Source: Dimorphilus gyrociliatus (lineage: Eukaryota; Animalia; Annelida). From it: 64,000 nucleotides of DNA. The notes beneath the pieces are model-generated. The model was given only the letters and a program-made list of their open reading frames with translations, did not search any database and had not been told where the DNA came from. Shown here one piece after another: positions 27,325 to 39,807 of the stretch. A program made the position numbers and the translations under genes. Numbering within the stretch: the first letter of the stretch is position 1; every line of letters begins with the position of its first letter. The stretch covers positions 154,109 to 218,108 of the forward strand of contig CAJFCJ010000007.1 in NCBI GenBank assembly GCA_904063045.1. Reading direction: 5' to 3'.

Positions 27325-30300
27325 CTCCGAGATGCGAGAAAGATCAAATTGAATGTCCGACAAGCGATGGCAGAAAGAGTTGCTATCCGAATCCCGACGG
27401 AAAAGGATGCCGTACGTATACAATTTACATATATTTGAATAATATTGCCAAAGAAAAGGTTATTTTATAAAAAGAGATAAGAAATAATAAGAAAATTTTG
27501 TTCTTACTTTAATTACAAAATCTTATAAATTATATTAAATCGTATTTATCTGTTAAAGAAAGAAAAAACACTCTCTTTTGTGATTAATTATCTGAAACAG
27601 CAAAAGGAAATATTGGCTCAAAAATGATTTCTGTTTTCTTTTTCTTACCATTAAAAGGAGCGCTGCACGCACAGATGCATTTGCAACGAAATTTATTGAT
27701 TGCTTTTACTAAAAATGTGTAACTGGGAACTTAATAATGGGTCTTTAATTATCTTATATTTATGCAAATGCAGATAAATATCTATCATATTTGCTTTGTA
27801 GTCTAAAACTATTTCCGTATAGGCTATAACCAAAATTTTTCAAGCTTCAAATATCTTCACTTCCTTTAATTTTCCTTTATTACCGATTATACATGTTTAA
27901 GAATATATATATATATATATATATATATACAGTATATACAGTATATACTTTTTATATATGCTAATTCATGCCAATGACTTTAAATCCACGTATGCAGTAT
28001 TATTCACGGCATATTATTCTATATGTATTGCATGGTCTTATACTAGTTTTTGGAAAGAAAGAGAATTCATCGATTATACTTTAGCCTAACAAATATGTGG
28101 CGTTACTGTATTATTATCCATTATTGTCGTGAATAAGGAACGGGAATTTCTTTCTATCACCTCTTCTCCTTCTCTCTCTCTCTCTTCCCTATTTGTGTGT
28201 CCTCCCTTTCTCAACGTTTCTTTCGGTTTTTTATAACTCTCTCCCTAATATGCATACCCTCTTATTCCTTTCTTTCATTACTTTACTTCCCTGGAGTAAA
28301 ATTCGTTGACTTCTGTGTAATTTACTCCTCTATCTACCTACTTCAATTATTTGATATTGTAAGAAAGAGAAGACAAAGGAAATAAATTATAGTAGACATT
28401 AATTTCGTTACAGATAGAATAATTCTCTGTATGAGTTTGAAGGTTTAATTAAATCAGAATACTGCTTTAAACTTCTGCGAGGATAATTAATGTTAAAATA
28501 TAAATGCAGTAAGCCTTTTAAAGAATATATGAATAGACTATGTACTGTAGATATACATATATAGATATATATGAGATGTATATATCTCAGCATATATACG
28601 AAACAACCTATACAATAGTATATATATAGAGAGGGAGAAAGTAGAAAGATAATACAGACAAAGAGAAGAATGACCTAACAGCGTTTCTATCTTAGTAGAA
28701 TAATGTAAACATTACAGATACTATATGTATTTTTCAGGGATGTAATTGCGTTAGCAATAATAAATGATAGAGATAGTGTTTTAATCTACGCTTTTGGCTT
28801 AATTAGCTAATTATTTTGTAAAGGCGGGATACTAAGCTCTTATTATCATAGTATTTTGACAATTTCCTGAAGAAATCATGTAAAAAGAAGAAAATCTAGA
28901 CAGCTACTTACTTATTTTCGTCTGGTAATACATTTTGCGTCAATGTCTTTAAAATTTATCATTACGTGTTTACAAGGACATTGAATGATTTTTTTTCCTT
29001 CGCTTTTCCATTTATCTTTTTCCTTTTCCTTATCCTCTGTCTCTCCCCTATCTATCTTTTTTTCTTCTTTTCTATCTCCATTTGGATAGTCCTAATGTAC
29101 ATCACTGGTATCATCTGTGAAATAGAGTGTAATGTTTCCCTTAGGAACTATGTAGTCAAATCTTTATTCTGCCGTATATATTGAAATTAACCTACTTTTT
29201 ATACCAAATTCCTCGAGGAATGATTCTATATTTAAACGTATAAGGAATAAAATTTTCTATTAGTCTGTATGACACAAATTTTTTGAAAACTGTACGCTAG
29301 CTTTGTGTAGTGAGATAATAAAAAAACAAGTAATACAAATTAATCATGTGACCTTTTGGTTTGTTTTCAAATATCAAGTTATCAATTATAAGAAAGTGAT
29401 TATTATATTCTCTGAAAATAAACGATATAATATCACTCAAGAGAAAGGACGGAATTTTTAATCTTTTTATTTACCTAAGGGAAATATGTACATTGAACTT
29501 AACAGTCAACTATTGAAATTTATTAACCTTTACAATATAATGACTATACGCTTTTATATATTTTAAAAACTGCTATATCTTGCCTATTATTATACTGTAA
29601 TCATTTGACTCCTATTCTTTTTCCTTGTCTCACAATGCATTTTTCTTCTTTTTCAATTCCACTCTACAATAGGAGAAAGATTCTTAAGCAATCGACCTTG
29701 TAAACAAAGAGTAATGATAATGGTAATAGCTATGTAGAACTCAAAAATTGATACTCTTTTTGTTCTGAAAGCATAAATTATAAATTGATTTCTTTAAATA
29801 TCAAATGTGTTTTAACATTCTCGTCTGATATCAGTGTTGATTTTTCAAATTGTAAGAAAACAGAGGGAAAGATGATTTACAGGTGAAATAGAGAAAAGTC
29901 CTCTTTCAATATTGATTTCTTTTTCATAGTGGGAAAGAAGTCTCTATTAGGAGCTTCTTGTTGAAGGCGTTACCTTCCTATACAAACACTTTTTCTTTGG
30001 CAATTTAATCAAGCGGAATCTTTTGATTAGAATAGTCTATCCTTTATACAAATTCCTTGCGTGTAATGGCTAAATCAGTGTCGTTTTTTCTTCCTTTTTT
30101 TCATTTGAAAAAAAAAAACAGCAAACATAACTTGTCCTGCTCACGTTCCATTCCACTGCAAAACTCAGTCTTATTGCTTCTCTCAAAATCAAAAATGTGA
30201 CGGAACAACCGATTGCCCCGATAAACTAGACGAAAGCAATTGCCCAACTACGGCCCTGTCGTCGAAGGACATAAAGTTAATAATAGCTTTGCCTCTGACT

Positions 30301-31877
30301 GGAATTCTGCTGATCGTCTATTTGGTAGTAATAATTAAATGTTGGAGGCATAGGAAGCGATTAAGAAGCCGATCCGACGAAGAAATTGGCAATAGAACAG
30401 AACTTCGAAGAGTAAATAGGAAAGAGTCAGAATCGACTTATGCACGGGTTCCCAGCATTCACGCCAATGGTAGCGTTCGATCAGAAAATGGTAGCGTTCA
30501 CCGGGAAGGAAGTGTTGGTAAGTAATTCTAATAGCTATTATAGAGGATATCAGCGTTGCGTGTGATTTAGAAATCATTGCCAAGTTTTATGTCCATGTGA
30601 AACAAAATTCCATATATACTTTAGCTTATATCAAAGACTTAACAACTTAAAACAAATCAATAAGTTTTACTTCTTCCTTTATTCAAATTTCACATTTTCT
30701 CCCAAAGTTTTTGTAGATGTTTTATTTATTTGTACTTCCATTTTATCTTTTTATTTTACATATAAAAATAGTAAAGCGCCTTTTACAGTACGGTAAACAG
30801 TAACAATTACGTAAAGATTCGTATAGGGAATAGAAACCAACATTCTTAAAGTCTGCAATCGATACTTCCTATTTTCTTCTTAATATTCATTATATTTACT
30901 CAACAAACAAAACCGTTAACTTCTTAATCTTCTGGATGGATCTCCTTCACTTTTTGTTTGAACAAATCATTTAGCAAATACATCTTCAGCCTTCTGTAGT
31001 AGATTCATGAAACATTCCTAACAATGATGTTCCCTTCCTTTTTTATAAGATGATTCAAATGAAAGATTCCTAGTTTAGTTGGACAATAGATAAGGAAAAA
31101 GTATAAAATATTTAACAAAAGGATCATAAATTGTATGAAAACGATCAAAAGCGTTATATTATTGAAGTTGTTTTTGAATAAAGAGAAATTAGAGCAATTA
31201 ACATATTAAATGTAGCTTTTTGACGTAAAGCGTCCCTAATCTGTAAATGTTAAGGTTTGTAAATATAATCTATCAATACATTGTTAACATGAAAATTGTT
31301 AAGTTAATAAAAAGATATACGACGCTAAACTGAACGGGTCAGTGAACAATTTAATAACAAGTAATTTAGCTGATAACCAAAACTGGAATAGTTCATCAAT
31401 ATATTTTTACAATAGAACTAAAAATATTCTACAATTTATTACTTTTTTTACCCTTTTTAATATAATTTATATCATTGAACAGGCTCGCAACCGGATAGCG
31501 CTAGAGCTAGAGCAGATTCGATTGTATCCGGTATACTAAGAAGCCGCGAAAACTCAATCAATACGCTCGGAATTCCCGGAGTCCTAAGTCGTGAACCAAG
31601 TCACGTGACACTAGGTGTACCGAGCCGTCAAGGGACTTTTAAACTTCGCCGAAGCTTTGAGAGTATTCCAGAAAGCGTTAGGCGAAGTGTTTCCAGGGAA
31701 AGTTTAGGAGGTGTTGGAGAACATGCTCATACCTCGCAGAATAATGATGGAAGTGAAAGGCGAGAGAGGACCGGTAATGGTCGGCCGGCTCCGCCAACAT
31801 ACGAAGAGGCAATTGCCGAAGGGACTTTTGAATCGGACGAAGAAGCCGATGCTGACGATGAAAACGACGAGAGGCAG
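27325..31877 (+). CDS. Single-pass membrane protein with LDL-receptor class A module(s) and a cytoplasmic PPxY motif (LDLRAD3/LDLRAD4/LRP10-12-like architecture); ends unresolved
   Basis: Three phase-compatible exons: 27325-27411 (4-Cys degenerate module CEKDQIEC...SC...GC), 30122-30517 (full LDLa CPAHVPFHCKTQSYCFSQNQKCDGTTDCPDKLDESNC, TM LIIALPLTGILLIVYLVVII, stop-transfer KCWRHRKR) and 31483-31877 (Ser/Arg-rich tail, PPTYEEA, acidic run). All junctions are GT-AG. Confidence 0.85.
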
Positions 31878-32755
31878 GTAAATACGAGGTTTCTTTATAA
31901 CATTAGTATCTTAGAAAGTTAACCAGTTAAATTCGGTTCACACATTGACGTATGCAAATAAGGCGCCTAATTTTATCTAAAAATAGCAATAAAAAAAAGA
32001 ACATGGAAACTAACTTTACAATTTTATTGAAAAAACTGGAAAACGGGAATGTAAATACAAAATTAATAAAAGTTCCGCTGTAAAAAAATCCAATTCATAG
32101 AATATTAAAAAACCTCTCTCTTCCTTCAAATCGATTTAAAAATGGAAATTGATTAAAAAACAGTTGTAGGAAAGAAAGAAAAGTTAAAAATAATTTTTTT
32201 TCTCAACTCCTTCCTCTCTAAGAGAGAAAACAAATTTATTCAAAGAGAAGTAGCCCGAGGCTGAAGGACTTTGACAAGATCATGCTTAAGAACGTGCTTA
32301 AGCAGTACATTTCTTTTCGGATATGCAAGGCTAAACTTATTTCCCAAGCCCACTTTAAACGAATACGACTAATAAGAGTGTTACCTCAGCTCTGTTTTCA
32401 TTCTCGTCTTTCCATATAAAATTGCAAATTTCCAGTATTTTTTTTTATTCACTCTTATTTAATTGATGCATTAATTCAATAACAATGCAAACAATATACT
32501 TGGTGGGAATTATGAAATATTTATACATCGTTTACACATGTAGAAGTGTGCAATAGACCGTTTTTTTATTATATTTAAGTCATATTTCACTGAATTTCTT
32601 TCCAGCTTCTAATTATTTATTAATTTTCAGGATATAGCATTATATTCATAATTTGCATTATGCTTTTGTATATATTTATATAAAAATTTTTTAATGTTCT
32701 GCTATGTGATTAATCGACATTTATAATTAATTCTTTTTCTCCTTTATTTATTTAG

Positions 32756-32869
32756 GATTCCGAGGCCAAGTCCGAAGATGGTGCTAGTGAAAATAAAAAG
32801 TCCAAACTTAAGCGAACCCTCTCCAAAAAACTGCAGAAAAAATTTCAAAACTATGTCGTTTGTATGAAG
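32756..32869 (+). CDS. Probable further cytoplasmic exon of the LDLa gene (DSEAKSEDGASENKKSKLKRTLSKKLQKKFQNYVVCMK)
   Basis: Good acceptor (ttctcctttatttatttag). Phase 0 matches the 31877 donor. Phase-0 donors at 32870 (gtaaac) and 33188 (gtaagt) both join in frame to 35819. Confidence 0.5.
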
Positions 32870-35824
32870 GTAAACAACCTGCACCGAGAAGATGAATCCA
32901 AACAAACAAAAACCACCAAATATTTTAAAAAAATCCACTTTAACGAAACAACCAACAAATCAACAACCACAAAAAAACCATCGAAACCGATATTTTGCTC
33001 TTTCTGTCTCTTTTTTTTCTCTCTCTATCTCTCTCTGTCTCTTCACGCAATCTTCTTTCCGCTCAAACGAAAAATATTCGCCACGTTTTTTTCTCTTCTC
33101 GTTATCCGTCGAAACAGAGAAATTAACGATTTTTTTTTCTTCATTTTTTCCATCATATTTTCCTGCAAAATCTCTACTTCCTCGAGGGTAAGTTTCATTT
33201 AATCTTTATATATATATATATTCGCATGCGCCACATATATATATATATTTATATTTAGACGTATACGTCGAGTTATAAATAGATATTATGAATGTACAGT
33301 ATAATTTATAGTCAAAAGCGAATTATAATCAGAAATATCCTTAAAATAGTTCGCATATGAATATTTTAACTAATGAAACGGATGAATTGTGATAAAGTAC
33401 AAATCTGTTTGTCAATTTGAAAATGATAATGTGTTATACAGCAAGGCCATTGTTATATATTTGTAAAGTACACGCAATAGAAACCTAGGTTACGTTATTA
33501 ACTTTATATTGGTATAAGATAACTAATAATATCATTCATAGAGTCATACTTTTTGTAAATAGTGCAACTAATATTTTAAGTCTAGTTAAATCTAACTTAT
33601 TTATCATGATACTAATTAATTAAACAGTGTATAATTATTTCTTAAAACGCTCCCCTTGCCTTTAACACCTTAAAGACTTCTTAAAAAGCAAATTATCAAG
33701 TGCATTATGCTTGGTTCTATCGAGTCCTTTCTTATGGACTGTAAAACATAGAGAGAGATATAATATACACTTGCACTCTCTCACGTACAAATGTATTAAA
33801 ATAGGTTTCCTTACTTCACCTTCATCTTAGAGGTGAAGTTGGAATATCGCACTCGAAATTTTCGGTTTTTACCGGAAAACCTCTTTATTTATAGATAATT
33901 AAAAGTATTTAAGTAAATTTTTAGCAACGTAAGCAAGATCTTAGTCATAAATTAATATTAGTTGTATTTATTTGCTGCATAGAATAGATAAAATGAATAC
34001 AAAGAAAGAGAAAGTTTCTCCCTATTTTTACAATTAAAGTAACAAAGGAAAAAGCTAAATTTTATAAATGACTGTAAGCCTACGTTTTTTTAAGCTAATA
34101 CAACGGACAGAAAAATAATCATGAGAAAAGAAAGGAATATCTTAAGACTTAACTGGGTATTTTCCATAAAAGCCGTTCCAAACAATAAATAACAGTGGAT
34201 TTGTCAATAAAATAGCTTTATTTCTTAGACAGTTTCCATGGAGTTTACAAGAAATACTATAGAAACAGAAAGACATCATTTATCAATCAAATAGAGGGGG
34301 AGGGACGGGAGGGGGGAAAGCTACAAAAGATACTAGATTCTAGACAGTTTTAATTCCGTACTCGGACAGTAAACGATCGTAAATTCTATGTTTCCTCTCT
34401 ATTCCATTCTTATCCGTTTCTAATTTTATATTAGAAACAACTCAGAAGATGAATAAAATTGCTATATAATATACAAGTAAATGATGATAATGATTCTGGA
34501 ATAACAATAGGTTATTATTCACACGTCACCTTACTTATTAGATTTGTTATGACAAGGTTTTGTACTACATAAAATTCTACTAGTAGCTTCCCTTCCCTTT
34601 TTTTTTTGCCTTTTACAATCCCAGTAGCATTGTTCTTATCGACTATCACTTTTCTAATATTGATAATATTAGCTAAAAGCAGGATATTTACTATACAAAC
34701 AGCTTTATACATATTCTATAAATAATTATAAGTCTATAGACAGTGCGATAATATAGTATTGATAATAATATAGGAATAAAATAAGTAAGACCTCCATAAA
34801 ACCGAGACGATGATAAAGTAAAATAAGTAGTTAGGCGGTTACCTAATTGAGCTAAAAGCTTTTCATTTTAACCATAAATTTTCCAAGAACGCTCCTTCAT
34901 GATATCTTTTTTTGAAACAGATAATTGAACTTTAAAAGGGTAAAAAAAAGGGAGGTTTTTTTGCACCAAATAATACTATCATTCCAAAAGGCTTTTAAGC
35001 TTAATTGACTACAGCTCAAAATCCGGCTGAGACGTAAATGTTTACTCATTAATATTCACGGCAGGATATCTTTTGCAGAAAATTTGAGAAGAGTAATCTT
35101 AATTAAACGCATCTCAGCTTAAAATGGTCTAATTAGTTGCATAATTGTTTTAATAATCATAGATGTAAAGTAAAGAAAAATAGTTAAATTCCACTTTTTG
35201 TACTCTACTAATCTGTTAATCTGGAATATATATTAAGGAATTATTTAGTAAAAAGCTATAAATACGGAAACGTGAGCGTACATGCATAAAATAAACTATA
35301 GTATGAATTATAAATAGCACATCCATTATACATATTGCAGCTAGGGTAACGCAAATACAACATATAGAAATATATATCACGAACATCGAAATCCGATAAC
35401 TTATTTGCATATAGGACTAATCTAATCAAATTTCAATTTTTCTCACAGTTTGAGAGACTTCTCTCTTTTTCAAGTAAGAGAAAAATCAATGGATTAATCA
35501 AGCCGAAGATGTTCTAAAAAAAGACTCTAACGACCGGACGCCTTTAGGGTTACTTCCGGCCGACAGAAGAAATATTTTAGTGGTCAAACAAGATCTGGAA
35601 ATGTTCCTTCTATTTTTTTTATTGCTAAAATAAAAAAATTGTAATGGAAATAAATAATTTACATGGAAAATTGTCTTTTTTCTATATTTTTATTGTTATC
35701 CAAAGTTTATATCAATTTACTCAAGAAGCGCCTTATTGCATATTAATTAATTGTGTAATTGAAGTTCTACTGATTCAATTATATATTTATGCTAATATGT
35801 TTAATACTGAATAAACAGGGATCA

Positions 35825-36138
35825 ATGGAAGAAGACGAGGTAGACATGCAGAACGAAGCGTCTCTCTATGCAGATATAATGGGACTACACAAATCCTCAA
35901 GCGTCAATTCCTTAGGTAGACAATATCTCTTTAAAAAGATACATATGTATTTTACACAATTCTTTGTTAATTTAAATAAATAGGTGGAGTAGCTGCACGA
36001 GCGGCCGCAACAGGCATGATTCCAGGGCCAACATCTGGAAAGCGAAAGAGGAGGAAAAATCCACTTTTGGGTTTGGACTTCGGAACTGGAAATTATACAT
36101 CGACTAGCTCAGATTATGATTCTGATAGTTCTTATTAA
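35825..36138 (+). CDS. 81-aa uncharacterised protein (acidic N-terminus, KRKRRK NLS-like stretch, Ser/Asp tail); stand-alone gene or C-terminus of the LDLa protein
   Basis: Exons 35825(35819)-35915 and 35984-36138 with a 68-bp GT-AG intron give MEEDEVDMQNEASLYADIMGLHKSSSVNSLGGVAARAAATGMIPGPTSGKRKRRKNPLLGLDFGTGNYTSTSSDYDSDSSY*. Family not recognised. Confidence 0.75.
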
Positions 36139-36330
36139 GAAGAGAAAGAAATTTAAAAGGCCTAAACTTTCGTCAACTGTTCTTCGAATGTCTTCTGACC
36201 AAATTGTGAAAAAATGTTTTTTTTTTTCTCAAAAAATTTGTTTGATAAAAAGTAATAAGGTGAATAGCAACAAAACTTTTACTTGATTGCTGTGGTTTTT
36301 TTAAAACTTGGAGTTCTCTGGGAAGTTCCT

Positions 36331-36343
36331 TCAGATGGCGCTA
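36331..36343 (+). promoter_or_regulatory. CTCF-like motif (TCAGATGGCGCTA)
   Basis: AGATGGCGC core, lying between the 81-aa gene and the convergent D-serine dehydratase gene. Confidence 0.45.
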
Positions 36344-37134
36344 TTCGTAAACTTTCTGGACGTCAACCAAAGTACACAAAATTATTTTCAATAACTATCC
36401 AGTTTATTCTCTCTCTCTCGATGTATATGTATGTATATACATACATACATATATATATAATATATATATATGTATCTACACAATGCATACCTCAGCCGAT
36501 AAACAAAACCCAGTAACAGCCAATACCAAGTTCTAAATATGGATCATAATCAATGGAGATATTTAAAAAAAAACACACACACAAATTAACTCTTATCTTA
36601 TACTTTCAATTATTTCTTTTTTTTGCCTTCTTTCAAAACAAAAGTGTATAAGAAAAAAAAAGACAGACTTTTTCTCATCATCCTACTGCAAAAAAGACTA
36701 CGCAAAAAAAACCTACAAAACCTTTTTTTTTTTAAAAAAACAAACTTAACTTCATCTGCAATTCTTGGAGAAAACAATTTTTTAGCTACAAAAAAAATAT
36801 ATACAATAGCAAAATATGAAGAAAAAAAACTACAAAAATACCGAACTACTTTGAATATTTTACCATAAACTGTGTTAGCAAACTATAACAAAAAAATGCT
36901 TCGAATAATCAAAATTTCTCGATCTTGTGCATAAGAAAGATAATGTTTATAAGCAAGCAAACAAAAATAACAAAGAATATAACAGGAAGATAGCAAAAAC
37001 ATATTTCTTTAACTCCTATTGAATTACTATCGTCTTTTTTTGCTTTTGTTTCTGGAATTACAATTACTTTAATCTCTCTTCTCAAAAAATATAAAATTTT
37101 TTCTTCCCCTCCCCTTCCTCTCAAAAAATATTAT

Positions 37135-37232
37135 CTCCTCCTCCTCCTCCTCCTCCTCCTCCTACTTCTCCTCTTCTTCTTCTTCGTCTACATCTCCTTT
37201 TATTCTTCTTCTTCTTCTTCATCTTCTTCTTC
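37135..37232. repeat. Compound (CCT)n/(CTT)n polypyrimidine microsatellite
   Basis: Read directly. The purine strand is interrupted by stop codons, so it is not a poly-Glu coding tract. Confidence 0.9.
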
Positions 37233-38207
37233 TACTTCCGTAAACGAAAAGGACAAACATGTTTTAATATTTTAGCAATACTATTAATTATAATTATACT
37301 TGTTTAGTTACATTAATTTCTCTAAGTATTATTTCAATTTTCTTTCTCTATATGTTTGCTTAAGAAAGAATGTTAACAGAAAAAAATCTGTATCAACATC
37401 TTCTATATAAGAAACAGGAACATCAGAAGAAGTTAACAAAATGTAAAGAAACTGTGTTAACACTTTTTTTCTGTTAATTTATCAAGTTTGTTAAACTTAG
37501 AAGTATGTGAATACGATACTTTTGAAATGATTGCAAATGAAAGAGAGGGAGAGAGAGAGAGAGCGAGATAGGAAGGAAGAAAGAAAGAAAGAAAGAAAGA
37601 AAGAGATATTGAAAAGACAAAACAGAAAGATGCCAAGAGAAAGAAAGATAGTAAATAAAAAAAATGTACAAGGAACTAGTACAAATATATGTGAATGAAA
37701 GACACGTATTGTTTGCTGTATATATAACAAACTTGCATTGTTATTGTTGGTGAGGATATATACAGTTATAATATATATTGATTAGGAAATCTTAAAATGT
37801 GAAAAAAGTAACCTAAAGAAAATGCTCTTACTGTGTATATTGTATATTCGAGTGGAAACATTTTCCGTATAAAAAAAAGACAGACTGCTTAAATTTTTTG
37901 CTTTACTGCAAAAAAACAAAAAAAAACAAAAAAAATGACAAACATTAAACAGTTATGACAAAAATATGAAAATTATCGTGATTATGATTATTATATATGT
38001 ATTTTAAGAAGAAAAGAAAATCAAAATACGTTTTTGTTATGGCGAGAAATACATAGATGCTCAAACAATGCACATATTAAAAAAAATTATAACTGTGTGT
38101 TTCAATTATCCGTATTACACTCATATTATATGCTTAGCTTTTTGCAATTTTATCTATATGTACTATATATATATAGTATATATATTTAGAAATGTACTAA
38201 AAAACTA

Positions 38208-39807
38208 CTACCATCCCTTACAAGGCTTCCAAGTATCAACAACATCTTCTCCTAATTAGAGGAAAAGAAACTTATTATTAATCTGTTAGAAATATAATGG
38301 TTTTTTTTTCTCTTGAAAGAATTTTTGTTTACCGTCGTGTAAATAATAAATTGAAAACATAGCTGCCGTAGCGCAAGAATGATAGGGAAGTAGGAATAAA
38401 GTTGATCCAATAGGATATCTATTTTAGTTATTTATAGAATATAAAGAGAGAAGAAAGAAATAGGTTAAAACTATTTCGTTATTGTATATACTCTTACTTT
38501 TTAAAATCGATATCTCCTCTCGTTGCAGTAACATATCCAATTTCTTGAGTCATTTTAGTTACCCTTCAAAATAATTAAAGAAAGAAATAATAGAAGTCAA
38601 TATAAAGTATAATATAATACTAAAAGGAATTACTTAAGTCTAGGTTCATCGTAGATTAGGCAATAAGATCCGTTTGGTAATTTACCCTTTCCATCATGAC
38701 TTAAAGCCAAAAATCCTTAAAAGTATTGAATCGAGAATGATAAATGCAATAGATATAATTTATTCATGTACCGGCGTCGATTAGCATTTCATTCCTAGAT
38801 GGATAATGACCGATTATTCTTGTCATTACTCTACCAGCAATTTCGTTAACATTACACGAGCCAATAACTGATTGTTGGACATCTAATATATCATGTATAT
38901 AAACATTTTACTATAAAAGCTATATATAAAACATAAATGTAGATATATTTAATTATACCATAAAAAATGTAATTTCCGGGATGGAATTCATTAAGATTAG
39001 CCATTTTCTTCCCCGGTATGGAACACGTTGGTGTAGATCCTTGACCAACAATCTTCACTTTAATATCATTTTCCTCCAGGTGTTTTGAAACCTTTAATAG
39101 TTTTTCAACGCAACTATTTCCTAATTCTTTTAATTTATGCTCTCCAGTTACTTCATAACTATTACCATCGTGTACGTAGAGTCCTTCTAATTCTATATGC
39201 TCACAATTAGTAATTAATTTAGCAATTTTTAATATCTTCTCTTCATTATCGTATTCTATTCCTTCTCTGCCTCCTCCGCACTCAATAGCCAAATATACGG
39301 TCCAATTTTTCCCTTCTACTTTATTATCTAGTAACAACTGTAATCCCTCTTCGCCGTCTATCATTAAATGGAAGGATTTTAGTTTCTTTCTCAATTCCGA
39401 TATTCTAATTTTTTTTGTTGGATAAAAAGGAAATTAAAGAAGAAAAACAACAAAAAATATAGGATTATATAGAAATTATTGATAAATATTTATATTGTAA
39501 ATCTGTTATACCTGGCCAATTTATCGTATGTAAATATATACCCATATAGGATATCATCGAAACCATTTGCAGCAAAAAATTCGGCTTCAGCAATAGTTGA
39601 AACAGTTATTCGCTGTTTAGTGTTATTTGTCATAAGATTACCAGCTTCTATTGTTTTAGCGGTTTTCATATGCGGCCTTAAAACAACTTTAAATTTTTCG
39701 CATATATCTATCATCTTTTTGGCGTTGTTTGCAACCTTTTCGCGGTCGATCAGAAAACATGGCGTTTGTAAATCTTGAACCTTTGCAGGGCTTGTTAAAT
39801 TTTCCAT
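38208..39807 (-). CDS. DSD1: D-serine dehydratase / D-threonine aldolase family PLP enzyme (fold type III), 376 aa, 7 exons
   Basis: Exons 39807-39512, 39404-38959, 38882-38772, 38715-38634, 38563-38498, 38418-38333 and 38251-38208 sum to 1131 nt in frame, all GT-AG. Motifs: [13 protein letters not shown] (PLP lysine), [42 protein letters not shown] (Zn ligands) and the C-terminal WKPCKGW*. Confidence 0.95.

Noticed and set aside
37696-37717. miR-71-like start TGAAAGACA
   Set aside because: Only 9 nt match and there is no complementary arm.
38208-39807. Bacterial contamination or recent horizontal transfer of the D-serine dehydratase gene
   Set aside because: It has six canonical introns, host-like AT-rich codon usage, and known animal orthologues.
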